Source of the DNA: Bacteroidia bacterium
Lineage (GTDB): Bacteria > Bacteroidota > Bacteroidia > Palsa-965
DNA length: 64,000 nucleotides
Reading direction: 5' to 3'
Assembly (NCBI GenBank): GCA_025454955.1
Contig: JALONL010000003.1
Location: forward strand, 271,426-335,425
Positions 9,837 through 20,446 of this stretch are shown piece by piece. The translations under genes were made by a program, and so were the position numbers. A model generated the notes under the pieces. That model worked only from the letters and a program-made list of their open reading frames with translations. It did not search any database and was not told the origin of the DNA. The number at the start of each line of letters is the position of its first letter. The stretch's first letter is position 1.

Positions 9837-9873
9837 TAAAAAAACGGCAGCCTTTCAAAATCAGGCTGCCGTT
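9837..9873 (-). terminator. Rho-independent terminator for the 9893-11209 gene
   Basis: The minus strand reads aacggcagcct-gattttgaa-aggctgccgtt followed by TTTTTTT: an 11-bp stem followed by a T-run. Confidence 0.6.
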
Positions 9874-9892
9874 TCAGGTAAAAAAGGCTTTA

Positions 9893-11209
9893 TTAGTCGG
9901 CCACCACCATGCGGCGGGTAACACGCTCGCCATTCACGTTAAGTGTGTAGAAATACACACCGGCCTGAAGGTTGTTGGTGTTAAACTCAATCTGGTAAGT
10001 GCCGCGGGCCTGTGTGCCCTGATCGAAGCTCAGAATCTGCTTGCCGGTTACGTCGAAAATGTCGAGCTGTACATCGCCGCCGTTTTCGAGCGAGTAACGG
10101 ATCATGGTTTCGCCGGTGGCCGGGTTGGGTACGTTCTGGGCAAGACCAATGTTGCCCTGCAATTCTTCTTCAATGCCTACGTTGAGCGAGGTCACTTTAT
10201 AAGAAATAAGGTGGTGCTCAAATGCATAGGAGGCATTGGTAAAGGCGTAAGTCGGAATAAAGCGGCCATTCCATGAATTGGGAGGATAAAGGTTGTAGCG
10301 GCCCTGCGTGGTTACTAAGCTCGATACGTTCCAGTCGCACTGCGGGCTCGATGAGTTGGGGCAGTAGTTGTAAATAAGGAATGTACCGGCGCCCTGCTCT
10401 TCGTAGCTGGCAAAGTAAAATGCGTTGAGGTTGGTTACCGTGTCGTTAAGCTGGTAAGTAAAACCAGGCTTGAATGTAATGGACGAACCCACAATTTTAC
10501 CGCCGGGAACCGCAAACTGGTTGGTGCTCCACACTTTTTCGCGGAAGAATGTGGCAGCCGTGTCGGCAGCAGTGAGCGGAATTTTGTAGGTAGCCACGCC
10601 CGAAGCATTAATGGAATTGGTTTGATAATTATAGTTGATGGCTTTGAAATACACCGTATCAAAACCAAAATTGGTAAGCATGGTGGCGCCCGAGAAAAAG
10701 AAAGTGGGCATGTTGGTGTTGTTGGTGTTGTAGAAAAGGTTCACCACCAGTGTGTCCACAATATTCGGGTTCGGGTGGTTGCGCTCGTAGGCATACACCA
10801 GCGCCATGGAGTCAACGGTATAGCTGTTCCAGCTATTCCAGTTAATGCCCGATGTGGATTGGAAAGCATCGGCATTTACATCCAGAACGTTGCCGATGTT
10901 GTTGATCCAGATTGGCTCGTAACTTACCGGGCTGCCAAATTCGCCAAGAATAAGCGAATCCCATCCTAAGTAATTTGAGTTCAGATCAGCTATACCTCCG
11001 TAAACAGAATCCACCGCAAAGCCATAGTTCAGCCAGTAGGTTTCGGTAGTACGGTTGTTGTTTTGCTCAAATTTTTTGGTAAACACTTCGGGTTTATACC
11101 CGGGGCGGTGACTGGGATAGAGCGGTCCGTTTGAATTCTGTAGGGTTTGCGCAGAAATGCTTCCTGCAATACCACATGCAAGTAGAAAGAGGGTAGTTTT
11201 GTTTATCAT
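9893..11209 (-). CDS. Secreted protein with a T9SS type-A C-terminal sorting domain (Por_Secre_tail)
   Basis: Signal peptide MINKTTLFLLACGIAGSISAQ. The C-terminus ...VPNPATGETMIRYSL...DIFDVTGKQI...GVYFYTLNVNGERVTRRMVVAD matches the T9SS CTD pattern. It is a paralog of the 11451-12698 product. Confidence 0.8.
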   Translation of the reverse strand: MINKTTLFLLACGIAGSISAQTLQNSNGPLYPSHRPGYKPEVFTKKFEQNNNRTTETYWLNYGFAVDSVYGGIADLNSNYLGWDSLILGEFGSPVSYEPIWINNIGNVLDVNADAFQSTSGINWNSWNSYTVDSMALVYAYERNHPNPNIVDTLVVNLFYNTNNTNMPTFFFSGATMLTNFGFDTVYFKAINYNYQTNSINASGVATYKIPLTAADTAATFFREKVWSTNQFAVPGGKIVGSSITFKPGFTYQLNDTVTNLNAFYFASYEEQGAGTFLIYNYCPNSSSPQCDWNVSSLVTTQGRYNLYPPNSWNGRFIPTYAFTNASYAFEHHLISYKVTSLNVGIEEELQGNIGLAQNVPNPATGETMIRYSLENGGDVQLDIFDVTGKQILSFDQGTQARGTYQIEFNTNNLQAGVYFYTLNVNGERVTRRMVVAD

Positions 11210-11450
11210 GAGTTCCCGTTTTGATAGGTTGAAGATACAAAGTAGTTTTATTTCCGCACCTCTTTTTTATTCTACTTTAATATCTGGCAGTTTTCAGGCA
11301 TTGGATGGTATGACTGGTTAAATACCCGGTTTTTATCGGAAAAATACCCCGGAATGCCTAAAAAATGGGATTTAAGGTTTGTGGTTTGCCGGAAGAATCA
11401 CTATTTTTGGACTTGCAAACTAAAAGTAACATTAAGTACATCTTCACAAC

Positions 11451-12698
11451 ATGAAAAAAATTTACATGCTTGCTCTGGCAGGCCTCGCCACTGTGACAGT
11501 TAATGCTCAGCGTGCCGGCAACCAGGTTTCCGCACCCCGCACGGTAAACAATCCCCAGCTCCGCACCGAGCAGACAACCCGTTTCCGCGCTCAAATGACC
11601 GAAGACAACCGCGCCTCTTACTGGCTGTGCTACGCCCTCCAGTTGGATGATGCCAATGGCCCTTCTGCCGGTCTGGCCGTAGGCGATTACATGCTCATTT
11701 TCCCCGATTCAAACATTATCATCGGTCAGTTCACCACCGGCGAAACTGCTTACCCGCAGTTCCACAAAGGTGCTACCATGCTCGACCCCAAGAACATGCC
11801 TGTTCAGGGTATCGCCGCTACAACTCCCTATCTGCTCGATTCAGTAGGTATCGTTTACGCTTACCTGCGTAACACCGCTTCTACCGTAACTGATACCCTG
11901 CAGGTTCAGATCATCCGCAACGATGCTTCACTGCTGTGGGATCTTACTAATGCCACCTATCAGGACATTACCTACATCCACACCAACAACACGATCACTG
12001 CTTCGCAGGTACTGGCTACCTACAACATTCCCCTCACCGAAAGCGACAGCTCTAACTTCCCCGCCGAAATCTTCATCAACACTTCAAACGTGCCCCAGCA
12101 GGCTGCCGGCAACCGTATTGGCGTGGTGGTAAGCTACAAGCCCGGTTACACCTACACCGCTACCGACTCAATCCAGCAGAAAAACTCTTTCTATATGTTC
12201 TCTTATGAGAACAATGGTGCTGCTACCGATCCTACATTCTACGGTACCATCAGTGACGGCACTTCAGACATGAACTGCTCGTACTCGCTGCCCGTAACTG
12301 TTCGTTACAACTTCAACCCCAACGGCTGGAATGGTTATTTCATTCCCACCTGGGCTTATACCACCGCTTATACATACGAGAACCACATTATCGAGTTCAA
12401 AGTATCAGAAGTAGTAGGTATTGAAGAAGCCAACCTCGGTCTTTCTGCCAGCACCTGGCCCAACCCGGCTAACAACGAAATCTTCGTGGCCTACACCCTG
12501 AAAAACGATGCCGACGTAACCATCGAAGTTACCGACCTCACCGGCCGCGTGGTAATGAGCCAGCGCGAAGGCGATCGTGGCCAGGGCGAGTACCGTGTTG
12601 CCCTCAACACCGAAAACCTTGCCGAAGGCACCTACCTCGTTAACGTGCGCACCGAAGGTGCTGCCAAAGTATCTTCTAAAATCGTTGTGAAGCACTAA
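11451..12698 (+). CDS. Secreted protein with a T9SS type-A C-terminal sorting domain
   Basis: Signal peptide MKKIYMLALAGLATVTVNAQ and C-terminus WPNPANNEIFVAYTL...VTDLTGRVV...GTYLVNVRTEGAAKVSSKIVVKH. It shares motifs with the divergent neighbour, for example YNIPLTESD against YKIPLTAAD and GWNGYFIPTWAYT against WNGRFIPTYAFT. Confidence 0.8.
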   Translation: MKKIYMLALAGLATVTVNAQRAGNQVSAPRTVNNPQLRTEQTTRFRAQMTEDNRASYWLCYALQLDDANGPSAGLAVGDYMLIFPDSNIIIGQFTTGETAYPQFHKGATMLDPKNMPVQGIAATTPYLLDSVGIVYAYLRNTASTVTDTLQVQIIRNDASLLWDLTNATYQDITYIHTNNTITASQVLATYNIPLTESDSSNFPAEIFINTSNVPQQAAGNRIGVVVSYKPGYTYTATDSIQQKNSFYMFSYENNGAATDPTFYGTISDGTSDMNCSYSLPVTVRYNFNPNGWNGYFIPTWAYTTAYTYENHIIEFKVSEVVGIEEANLGLSASTWPNPANNEIFVAYTLKNDADVTIEVTDLTGRVVMSQREGDRGQGEYRVALNTENLAEGTYLVNVRTEGAAKVSSKIVVKH

Positions 12699-12718
12699 GC
12701 TCACCGATTTCAGATATA

Positions 12719-12754
12719 AAAAGAGAGCCGCATTTTGCGGCTCTCTTTTTTTTG
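12719..12754 (+). terminator. Rho-independent terminator
   Basis: aagagagccgc-atttt-gcggctctctt followed by TTTTTTT, directly after the stop at 12698. Confidence 0.75.
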
Positions 12755-12961
12755 TGATAATTGAAACCGAATCCGGGAAATTTGAATTCCCGGCATCTAA
12801 AACGATGTCAGGTAATTCAAAAAATAAATTTCCTATAGGTTCAGCGGAAGGAAATGACCGAAGTGTGCCGGTAATCACAACCCAAAACGGGAAAAGGTTT
12901 CGGGCAATTTGTTGTGGTTGGGTGAATACCCCCAATTTTTCAAATTCTCATTCGTATAAAA

Positions 12962-13000
12962 TAAAACGCGGCTGCTCCGGTTTGGAACAGCCGCGTTGTT
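12962..13000. terminator. Hairpin terminator for gcvP on the minus strand, possibly bidirectional
   Basis: 10-bp stem aacgcggctg / cagccgcgtt. It has an A-tract on the plus strand upstream and T-rich sequence downstream, and on the minus strand the stem is followed by TTTTATTTTAT. Confidence 0.6.
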
Positions 13001-13014
13001 TGTTTGGTGGCTAT

Positions 13015-15867
13015 TTACACTGCTGCTTCGGCATACGCTTCAATGGGCAGGCAGGAGCATACCAGATTGCGGTCGCCGTAGGCATTGTCCACGCGGCCCA
13101 CGCTGGGCCAGAATTTCATGTCGCGCACCCAGGCAAGCGGGTAGGCGGCTTTTTCGCGGGGGTAGCTGTGGTTCCACTCGCTGCTTATCACGCTGGCGGC
13201 GGTGTGCGGCGCGTTTTTGAGTACGTTGTCGGTGCCGTCGGCATTGCCTTCGGCTATCTCGGCAATTTCGTGGCGAATCATAATCATGGCTTCGCAGAAA
13301 CGGTCGAGCTCGGTTTTGGGTTCGCTTTCGGTGGGTTCTACCATTAAGGTATCGTGTACCGGGAAAGCTACCGTGGGCGCGTGGAAGCCATAATCCATGA
13401 GGCGTTTGGCAATGTCGGCCACCTCTACTTTGGCGGTGCGCTTAAACTCGGCGCAATCCAGAATCATTTCGTGGGCGCAGCGTCCGTTTACGTTGGTGTA
13501 AAGTATGGGATAGTGCTTTTCCAGACGGGCCTTAATGTAGTTGGCATTGAGAATGGCCAGCTTGGTAGATTCAGTCATTCCGTATCCGCCCAGCATTTTG
13601 GCATAGCCGTATGAAATGAGCAGAATAAGCGCACTTCCGTAAGGAGCGGCCGATACTGCGGGAATGGCCTGGTCGCCACCGGTTTTTACCAGCGGGTGGC
13701 CCGGCAGGAAAGGCACAAGGTGTTTGGCCACACCAATGGGGCCCATGCCGGGGCCGCCACCGCCGTGCGGAATAGCAAAGGTTTTATGCAGGTTGAGGTG
13801 GCATACGTCGGCGCCAATGTTTCCGGGGCTGGTAAGGCCAACCTGTGCATTCATGTTGGCACCGTCCATATACACCTGTCCGCCGCGCTCGTGAATGATG
13901 GAGGTAATTTCCATAATGGCCTCTTCAAACACGCCGTGGGTTGACGGATACGTAACCATGAGGCACGAGAGGCGGTCTTTGTGCTGCTCGGCTTTGGCGC
14001 GGAGGTCTTCCACGTCTATGTTGCCGTGGTCGTCGCATTTCACCACCACAATGTCCATACCGGCCATGGCGGCCGATGCGGGGTTTGTGCCGTGGGCCGA
14101 CGAGGGAATGAGTGCCACATTGCGGTGATGATCGCCGCGGCTGATGTGCCAGGCGCGTATTACCATCAGTCCGGCATATTCGCCCTGTGCGCCCGAGTTG
14201 GGCTGAAACGACATGGACGCAAAGCCGGTGGCGTCGCTGAGAATGTCGTTGAGTTCGTTAATGATTTGTGTGTAGCCTTCGGCCTGATTTACGGGCACAA
14301 AGGGGTGGAGGTTGGCAAATTCGGGCCAGGTAATGGGTATGAGTTCGGCGGCGGCATTGAGTTTCATGGTGCACGAGCCGAGCGAAATCATGGAATGCAC
14401 CAGCGAAAGGTCTTTGTTTTCGAGGCGTTTGATGTAACGCATCATTTCGGTTTCGGAGTGGTGCGTGTTGAAAACGGGGTGTGTAAGGTATGCGCTGCTG
14501 CGGGCAATGCTGTCCTTTACCGGGCTCTGGCCTTTGGCCGAAAGTGTGGCGCCAAACAATGCGGCCAGATCGTTCAGGTCGTTTTCGCGCACGGTCTGAT
14601 CGAGGCTGATGCTTACCGTGCCCTGGCCGAAACGCAGGTTAATGGCGGCGGCTTCGGCTTTGGTGCGCAGGCTTTCGGCGGTGGTGCCAGCGGGAAGTTC
14701 AAAGGTAATGGTGTCGAAGAATGCGCTGTTTACGCGTTTTAGTCCGGCTGCTTCGAGTGAGGCGGCGAGGCGCGCGGTGGCTGTGTGTACTTCTTCGGCA
14801 ATGCTGCGTATTCCGTCGGGGCCGTGATATACGGCATACATGGAAGCCATAATGGCCAGCAGCGCCTGCGCGGTGCAGATGTTGGAAGTGGCTTTGTCGC
14901 GTTTAATATGCTGTTCGCGGGTTTGCAGGGCCATGCGCAGAGCGTGGTTGCCGTGGCTGTCAACCGACACGCCGATGATGCGGCCGGGCATGAGTCGTTT
15001 GTAGTCTTCGCGGGCGGTGAAGAAAGCAGCGTGGGGGCCGCCGTAACCCATAGGCACACCAAAGCGCTGCGAGTTGCCGAAAACCACATCGGCTCCCCAC
15101 TCGCCGGGAGGAGTGAGCAGGGCAAGGGCCAGCAGGTCGGTGGCTACGGCTACTCCGGCACCGGCTGCGTGGGCGGCATCGGTAAAGGCTTTGTAGTCGG
15201 CCACTTCGCCGTGCATATCGGGGTATTGGAGCACGGCACCGAAAACCATATCGGTAAAGGTAAACGTGCGGTGATCGCCGATGATGAGTTCAATATTGAG
15301 CGGGGCCGAGCGTGTTTTGAGCAGGTCGATGGTTTGCGGGTTGCACTGTTCAGACACAAAGAACTGATTAGCATTGCGTTTTACGGCATCGCGGCTGCGG
15401 TTTCCGTAAAGCATGGTCATGGCTTCGCCTGCGGCAGTGGCTTCGTCGAGCAGCGAGGCATTGGCCATGGGCATGGCGGTAAGATCCATTACCATAGTCT
15501 GGAAATTGAGCAGTGCTTCGAGGCGGCCCTGCGCAATTTCGGCCTGATAAGGCGTGTAGGCCGTGTACCAGCCCGGATTTTCGAGAATGTTGCGAAGAAT
15601 TACCGGAGGCGTAATGGTGCCGTAGTAACCTAAGCCAAGGTAGCTGCGGAAAATTTTGTTTTTGCCGGCCACCGTCTTGAGGTAGTTCAGGTAATCGAAC
15701 TCGCTCATTCCTTCGGCAAATTTCAGCGGCTGTTTGAGCCTGATGGCTGCCGGAATGGTTTGTTCAATGAGTTCGTCCACCGAACCAATGCCGATGGTGT
15801 TAAGCATTTCCTGCGCCTCTTTTGCCGAGGGGCCGATGTGACGTCGCACAAAGCTGTCCGTAGCCAT
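13015..15867 (-). CDS. gcvP: Glycine dehydrogenase (decarboxylating), the glycine cleavage system P protein
   Basis: 950-aa single-chain P-protein. The N-terminus [14 protein letters not shown] is the canonical GcvP start. The ORF extends to 15906, but the likely start is the M at 15867. Confidence 0.95.
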   Translation of the reverse strand: MATDSFVRRHIGPSAKEAQEMLNTIGIGSVDELIEQTIPAAIRLKQPLKFAEGMSEFDYLNYLKTVAGKNKIFRSYLGLGYYGTITPPVILRNILENPGWYTAYTPYQAEIAQGRLEALLNFQTMVMDLTAMPMANASLLDEATAAGEAMTMLYGNRSRDAVKRNANQFFVSEQCNPQTIDLLKTRSAPLNIELIIGDHRTFTFTDMVFGAVLQYPDMHGEVADYKAFTDAAHAAGAGVAVATDLLALALLTPPGEWGADVVFGNSQRFGVPMGYGGPHAAFFTAREDYKRLMPGRIIGVSVDSHGNHALRMALQTREQHIKRDKATSNICTAQALLAIMASMYAVYHGPDGIRSIAEEVHTATARLAASLEAAGLKRVNSAFFDTITFELPAGTTAESLRTKAEAAAINLRFGQGTVSISLDQTVRENDLNDLAALFGATLSAKGQSPVKDSIARSSAYLTHPVFNTHHSETEMMRYIKRLENKDLSLVHSMISLGSCTMKLNAAAELIPITWPEFANLHPFVPVNQAEGYTQIINELNDILSDATGFASMSFQPNSGAQGEYAGLMVIRAWHISRGDHHRNVALIPSSAHGTNPASAAMAGMDIVVVKCDDHGNIDVEDLRAKAEQHKDRLSCLMVTYPSTHGVFEEAIMEITSIIHERGGQVYMDGANMNAQVGLTSPGNIGADVCHLNLHKTFAIPHGGGGPGMGPIGVAKHLVPFLPGHPLVKTGGDQAIPAVSAAPYGSALILLISYGYAKMLGGYGMTESTKLAILNANYIKARLEKHYPILYTNVNGRCAHEMILDCAEFKRTAKVEVADIAKRLMDYGFHAPTVAFPVHDTLMVEPTESEPKTELDRFCEAMIMIRHEIAEIAEGNADGTDNVLKNAPHTAASVISSEWNHSYPREKAAYPLAWVRDMKFWPSVGRVDNAYGDRNLVCSCLPIEAYAEAAV

Positions 15868-16086
15868 ATTTTTTTGATGGATGTGTGGTGTGAAAAACAG
15901 GCACAAAGATAACCGTTTTTATGCCTCAAACAGTTTACAGGGTTTATCGCCTTTTTGTACTATTTATTATCGAAAATCAAGGGCCAACATTCCACACTTT
16001 TAGATAAAATCAGGCTGGCGGCATTTGTCTCGTCGGTTAGATTGTATAGTTTAGACTTTTACTCACCTACAAATTCCTCATTTCAC

Positions 16087-16431
16087 ATGAATCAATACAC
16101 ACCACCGCCACCCGGTTACAACCAGCCTTACGGAAATCAGCCCGGTTTCCCGCCCATGCAGCAGGATCTGCCCGATGCATCGACTATACAGATATTGGGT
16201 ATTCTTTCGCTGGTGCTTACCGGGCTTATCGGACTCATTCTGGCAATCATTGCTTTGTCTAAGAGCAAACAAGCAATGAGCACTTATCAGCAGAATCCAG
16301 GTGTATATTCTGAGGCATCATTTTCTAAAGTAAAAATAGGAAGAACCTGTGCCATTATAGAACTGTGCCTGTTTGGGCTCCTGCTGCTTATACTCTTTAT
16401 TGTGCTGGGCTTCGTAAGTTTTGCCGGCTAA
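16087..16431 (+). CDS. Small proline-rich membrane protein (DUF4190-like)
   Basis: Pro/Gln-rich N-terminus (MNQYTPPPPGYNQPYGNQPGFPP) followed by two hydrophobic helices. The ORF opens at 15955, but the internal Met at 16087 is more plausible. Confidence 0.45.
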   Translation: MNQYTPPPPGYNQPYGNQPGFPPMQQDLPDASTIQILGILSLVLTGLIGLILAIIALSKSKQAMSTYQQNPGVYSEASFSKVKIGRTCAIIELCLFGLLLLILFIVLGFVSFAG

Positions 16432-16448
16432 TACGTTCTGATAAACAG

Positions 16449-16484
16449 AAAGAGGTTTCCCGTGTGCGGGAAACCTCTTTTTTG
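16449..16484 (+). terminator. Rho-independent terminator
   Basis: agaggtttcccg-tgtg-cgggaaacctct followed by TTTTTT. Confidence 0.75.
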
Positions 16485-16499
16485 CATTGTTGCCGTAAA

Positions 16500-17516
16500 T
16501 TATACCTGTGCAGCCGAGTATCGTTTCATGTAATCGCAGGCGGTGTCCACCATTTCGCTGGAGCCGGCAAAGAACGGGGTGCGTTGGTGCAGTGTTTTGG
16601 GTTCGATTTCGAGAATGCGCTGGAAACCATCAGTGGCTTTGCCTCCGGCCTGTTCGATAATAAAGGCCAGCGGGCTGCACTCATAAAGCAGGCGGAGTTT
16701 GCCTTTGGGCGAGGAGGCGGTGGTGGGATAAATGTAAATGCCGCCGGTAATGAGGTTGCGGTGAATATCGGCCACGGCCGAGCCAATGTAGCGCGAAGAG
16801 TAGGGGCGTTTGGTGGCTTTGTCTTCTTCCTGGCAATACTTGATGTATTTTTTCACGCCATCGGGAAAATGTACGTAGTTGCCTTCGTTTATCGAATAGC
16901 TTTTTCCGTTGGAGGGCGTTTTCATGTTCGGATGCGAAAGGCAGAACTCGCCGATGGACGGATCGAGGGTAAATCCGTTTACGCCTTTGCCGGTGGTATA
17001 AACCAGCATGGTAGATGAGCCGTAAATGATATAACCTGCAGCCACCTGTTCGGTGCCGCGCTGCTGAAAATCTTCGTGTGTGGCAGGGCCGGTGAGCGAC
17101 ACACGGCGGTAAATGGAGAAAATGGTGCCCACCGACACGTTTACATCAATATTGGAAGAACCGTCGAGCGGATCCATTGCCACCACGTATTTCGCATTGC
17201 GCGATTGAGGGGTGTCGATGGGGATAATGTCTTCGTTTTCTTCCGAAGCAATTCCGCAGCATTCGCCACCCACGCTGAGCGCGGCAATAAACTGCTCGTT
17301 GGCAAACACATCGAGCTTTTTTACCGATTCGCCCTGCACATTGGTTTCGCCCACTTCGCCCAAAATATCGGCCAGTCCGGCTTTGTTTACTTCGCGGTGT
17401 ACAATTTTGGCGGCTATGCCAATATCGCGCAGCAGGCGCGAGAGTTCGCCTTTGGCGTAGGGAAAATCGTTTTGTTTCTCAATAATGAATTGTCCGAGGG
17501 TCTTTACTTTGCTCAT
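16500..17516 (-). CDS. fbp: Fructose-1,6-bisphosphatase, class 1
   Basis: 338 aa. N-terminus [29 protein letters not shown] and overall FBPase class I pattern. Confidence 0.9.
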   Translation of the reverse strand: MSKVKTLGQFIIEKQNDFPYAKGELSRLLRDIGIAAKIVHREVNKAGLADILGEVGETNVQGESVKKLDVFANEQFIAALSVGGECCGIASEENEDIIPIDTPQSRNAKYVVAMDPLDGSSNIDVNVSVGTIFSIYRRVSLTGPATHEDFQQRGTEQVAAGYIIYGSSTMLVYTTGKGVNGFTLDPSIGEFCLSHPNMKTPSNGKSYSINEGNYVHFPDGVKKYIKYCQEEDKATKRPYSSRYIGSAVADIHRNLITGGIYIYPTTASSPKGKLRLLYECSPLAFIIEQAGGKATDGFQRILEIEPKTLHQRTPFFAGSSEMVDTACDYMKRYSAAQV

Positions 17517-17685
17517 GTGGCTTGGATGCTTTGTGCAAAGATCGGAAAAGGCGGGGAAAATCCAGTTTTTTTCATTTTGATGCCATTTGCAAAGTGTATT
17601 CTCTAAATTGACGGTCTGTAGTTGCCTGAATGGTTTTATTGTTACAACTTAGTCCTGCACTTCCCCCCCATAAACTTCTCAAACC

Positions 17686-20340
17686 ATGAATTTTCGATTT
17701 CTCCTCCCGGGAATAATTTGCATTTTCCTGCTTTCATGTACCCCACTTTTTGGCCAGTTCAGTTATGTTACCGGCCCGTCATTACCACAAACTGAAATCA
17801 GCCTGCGGCGCGCAGCCACTGTTGATGCCGCCGGAGGCGTGTGGGTTGGCTTCAGACAAAGTATAGGCTATTACAATGGCTCAAACTGGCGCATTTATAC
17901 CGATACTTCCGGTATTCCGTTTTCACGTTTGAAAAAAGTAGAAGCGGCCACTGGTTCAGTATGGTTTGCCTCTGCCGATTCGGGTGTGGCTGTGCTGAAC
18001 AATACCATCTGGACGGGCTACAACACACAAAACTCGGCGCTGGTAAACGATACCGTGCGCGATATTTCGGTTGACGGAAATACGGTGTGGATTGCCACTG
18101 CAAATGGGTTGTCGTCGTTTAATGGTTCGGTGTGGAATACTTACACCACGTCTAATTCGGCGATGTTGAGTAATGATCTGCTCGATGTATCGGCTGAGAA
18201 TGGAATTGTGTGGATGGTTGCGGCAGGCGGTGTATGCCGGTTTGAAACGGCCACGCAAATATGGACTGCTTTTCCGCTGTCGGTGCTGCCGCCGGTGGGA
18301 AATTTAACGGCCATACTTGTCAGCGGAAACGATGTCTGGCTGGGCGGTTCGGATGGTGCGGCATATTGGAACAACGGCAGCTTTCGTTCTGTCAGCGAAA
18401 TTACCGACGGAATAGATTTTCCGGTATTATCCATTGAAAAAGGTGCGCAGGGAATGCCTCTTTTTCTATCCGGCCCATCGCCCCGTTTTGGCGTTCAGTT
18501 GAGGATGAACGCAGTGCCTCATCGTATTTCTGTCAGTCCGCTGAGCAGTTTTTTGGGTGCCGTATCGCTGACTTACTCCTCACAAACCAACAACTATATT
18601 TATGTGGGTCAGGCCAGCGATATGTCGCCCAACCCCGGCTATCAGGTGTTTGGAACAGGTGATACTGATCCCGGCATAAGTGCATTGAGTAATTATTCCA
18701 GCAGCCGCCACAGCAACCTGAATAATGTGGATGCCGTATTTCACACCCGTGGCGATTTTGGCTGGGATTTACTGAGTTCAGCTTCTTTCGAAGTTCCCAA
18801 AGGCGGCGGAACCAATACTCTCTTTTCTTCGGGCCTATGGGTTGGTGGCTATGATGTGGGCGGGCAGCTTCATCAGGCTGCAATGACGTACAGGCAAACG
18901 GGAATTGATTATTTCCCCGGCCCACTCGATACGGTTAATGCCACCACCGACAGTGCCACGGCATCGCAATACAATTACATCTGGAAAATTAACCGCACTG
19001 ATATTGAAGCCTTCATTTATCATTTTGCGCAGGGCAATGTGCAAAATGGTTCATTCACACCGGCAGGCGATATTTTAAGCTGGCCTGCGCAGGGCACGGG
19101 AAATTTTTCGCGCAGTCTTGCCCCGTTTTTTGATGCCAACAGCAACGGAATTTACGACCCGCTCACTGGTGGTGATTATCCGGTGATTAAAGGCGATCAG
19201 ATGCTGTACTGGATTTTCAACGATAATCTGGCTCCACACACCGAAACCGGCGGCCTGCCTTTGGGGCTGGAAGTACACGCATCGGTTTGGTCATACGCCT
19301 GCCCGGCTTTGCCCGACAGCCAGCAGGTGTTGAACACTACGGTGTTTTACAGTTACGAACTTATTAACCGGAGTGCAACAGCCTACTCCCAAACTCGGGC
19401 AGGTTTGTTTCAGGATTATGACCTGGGCAGCTTCTCGGATGATTTTGTAGGTTCTGCCCCGGCCGATAATGTGTGTTTTGTATATAACGGACTTGCAAAT
19501 GACGGAGCCGGGCCACCGGCCGTTCCGTCAACCTACGGGGCCAATCCTCCGGTATTCGGATTAACCGTGCTTGACGGGCCTCCGGGCGATTTGCTGGATG
19601 GTATTGATAATGATAATGACGGACAAATTGATGAGCCGGGCGAAAAGAATCTGCTTTCGCATTTCCAGTATTACTCCAATGATTTTACGGTGACCGGCAA
19701 TCCTACCACGGCACTGCATTTTTACAATTACCTTAATTCACATTGGACAGATGGCACGCCGGTAACCTTTGGCGGTAATGGTTACGGCGGTGTTACTCCT
19801 GCATCGTTCATGTTTTCGGGCGCACCCTTTGATACTGCCCAATGGAGCGAGCCCACTGCCGGAAATGTTCCTTCCGACCGAAGAGGTGTGGCTTCTACCA
19901 ATATGGAGGACTTTACTCCCGGCGAATCGATTACACTTACCTATGCCCAGGTATGGAGCCGCGATACAACCGCCGTACACGGCACACCGGGCTACATTAA
20001 TTTCTTTCTCAACGATGTGCGCCGTGTGCAAAACTGGTATGCTACAAACAGTTTTCCCTCGTGCGTAAACTGGACAGTGAGCACCAGCAGCGAAAACACG
20101 GCACCGGAGGCAAAACTCTATCCCAATCCGGGCAGCGAACTGGTTACACTCGACTATTTGCCGCAAACCCGCCATGCACAGTTGCAGATTATCGACCTTA
20201 CCGGGCGTGTGGTGCAGGAGGAACAATTAACTGCACAGCCGCTAAATGTATTTAATGCAGCCGCATTGCAGCCGGGCGTATATCTGTTGCGTGTAACCGA
20301 CGGTGCGCAGGTTATTGTTTTCCGCTTTGTGCGCCGGTAA
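17686..20340 (+). CDS. Large secreted protein with N-terminal beta-propeller-like Reg_prop repeats, a calcium-binding-like aspartate-rich segment and a T9SS type-A C-terminal domain
   Basis: Signal peptide, then repeated G.W.G...G....NG..W..YT motifs (VWVGFRQSIGYYNGSNWRIYT, VWIATANGLSSFNGSVWNTYT). It contains IDNDNDGQIDEPGE. C-terminus KLYPNPGSELVTLDYL...IIDLTGRVV...GVYLLRVTDGAQVIVFRFVRR. Confidence 0.8.
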   Translation: MNFRFLLPGIICIFLLSCTPLFGQFSYVTGPSLPQTEISLRRAATVDAAGGVWVGFRQSIGYYNGSNWRIYTDTSGIPFSRLKKVEAATGSVWFASADSGVAVLNNTIWTGYNTQNSALVNDTVRDISVDGNTVWIATANGLSSFNGSVWNTYTTSNSAMLSNDLLDVSAENGIVWMVAAGGVCRFETATQIWTAFPLSVLPPVGNLTAILVSGNDVWLGGSDGAAYWNNGSFRSVSEITDGIDFPVLSIEKGAQGMPLFLSGPSPRFGVQLRMNAVPHRISVSPLSSFLGAVSLTYSSQTNNYIYVGQASDMSPNPGYQVFGTGDTDPGISALSNYSSSRHSNLNNVDAVFHTRGDFGWDLLSSASFEVPKGGGTNTLFSSGLWVGGYDVGGQLHQAAMTYRQTGIDYFPGPLDTVNATTDSATASQYNYIWKINRTDIEAFIYHFAQGNVQNGSFTPAGDILSWPAQGTGNFSRSLAPFFDANSNGIYDPLTGGDYPVIKGDQMLYWIFNDNLAPHTETGGLPLGLEVHASVWSYACPALPDSQQVLNTTVFYSYELINRSATAYSQTRAGLFQDYDLGSFSDDFVGSAPADNVCFVYNGLANDGAGPPAVPSTYGANPPVFGLTVLDGPPGDLLDGIDNDNDGQIDEPGEKNLLSHFQYYSNDFTVTGNPTTALHFYNYLNSHWTDGTPVTFGGNGYGGVTPASFMFSGAPFDTAQWSEPTAGNVPSDRRGVASTNMEDFTPGESITLTYAQVWSRDTTAVHGTPGYINFFLNDVRRVQNWYATNSFPSCVNWTVSTSSENTAPEAKLYPNPGSELVTLDYLPQTRHAQLQIIDLTGRVVQEEQLTAQPLNVFNAAALQPGVYLLRVTDGAQVIVFRFVRR

Positions 20341-20386
20341 CACCAGTTGCGAAAGCCGCACAGCCATTTACCACATTACTGCAAAC

Positions 20387-20425
20387 TGCCCTGAATGAAT
20401 AAACTACATTCAGGGCAGTTTAGTT
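20387..20425 (+). terminator. Rho-independent-like hairpin between the tandem paralogs
   Basis: Perfect 12-bp stem ctgccctgaatg / cattcagggcag with a roughly 9-nt loop, followed by tttagtt. Confidence 0.55.
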
Positions 20426-20446
20426 ACATTTGATCTGACCCTTCTG

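Noticed and set aside
9667-9921. 84-aa plus-strand ORF between prfB and the T9SS cargo gene
   Set aside because: It starts 2 bp inside the prfB start codon and runs through the minus-strand terminator hairpin. There is no RBS or promoter context, and the composition looks random.
13981-15633. Multiple ORFs of 250-280 aa antisense to gcvP
   Set aside because: They are shadow frames in a 2.9 kb GC-rich gene. The products are Gly/Val/Ala/His-rich with no domains, and gcvP is unambiguous.
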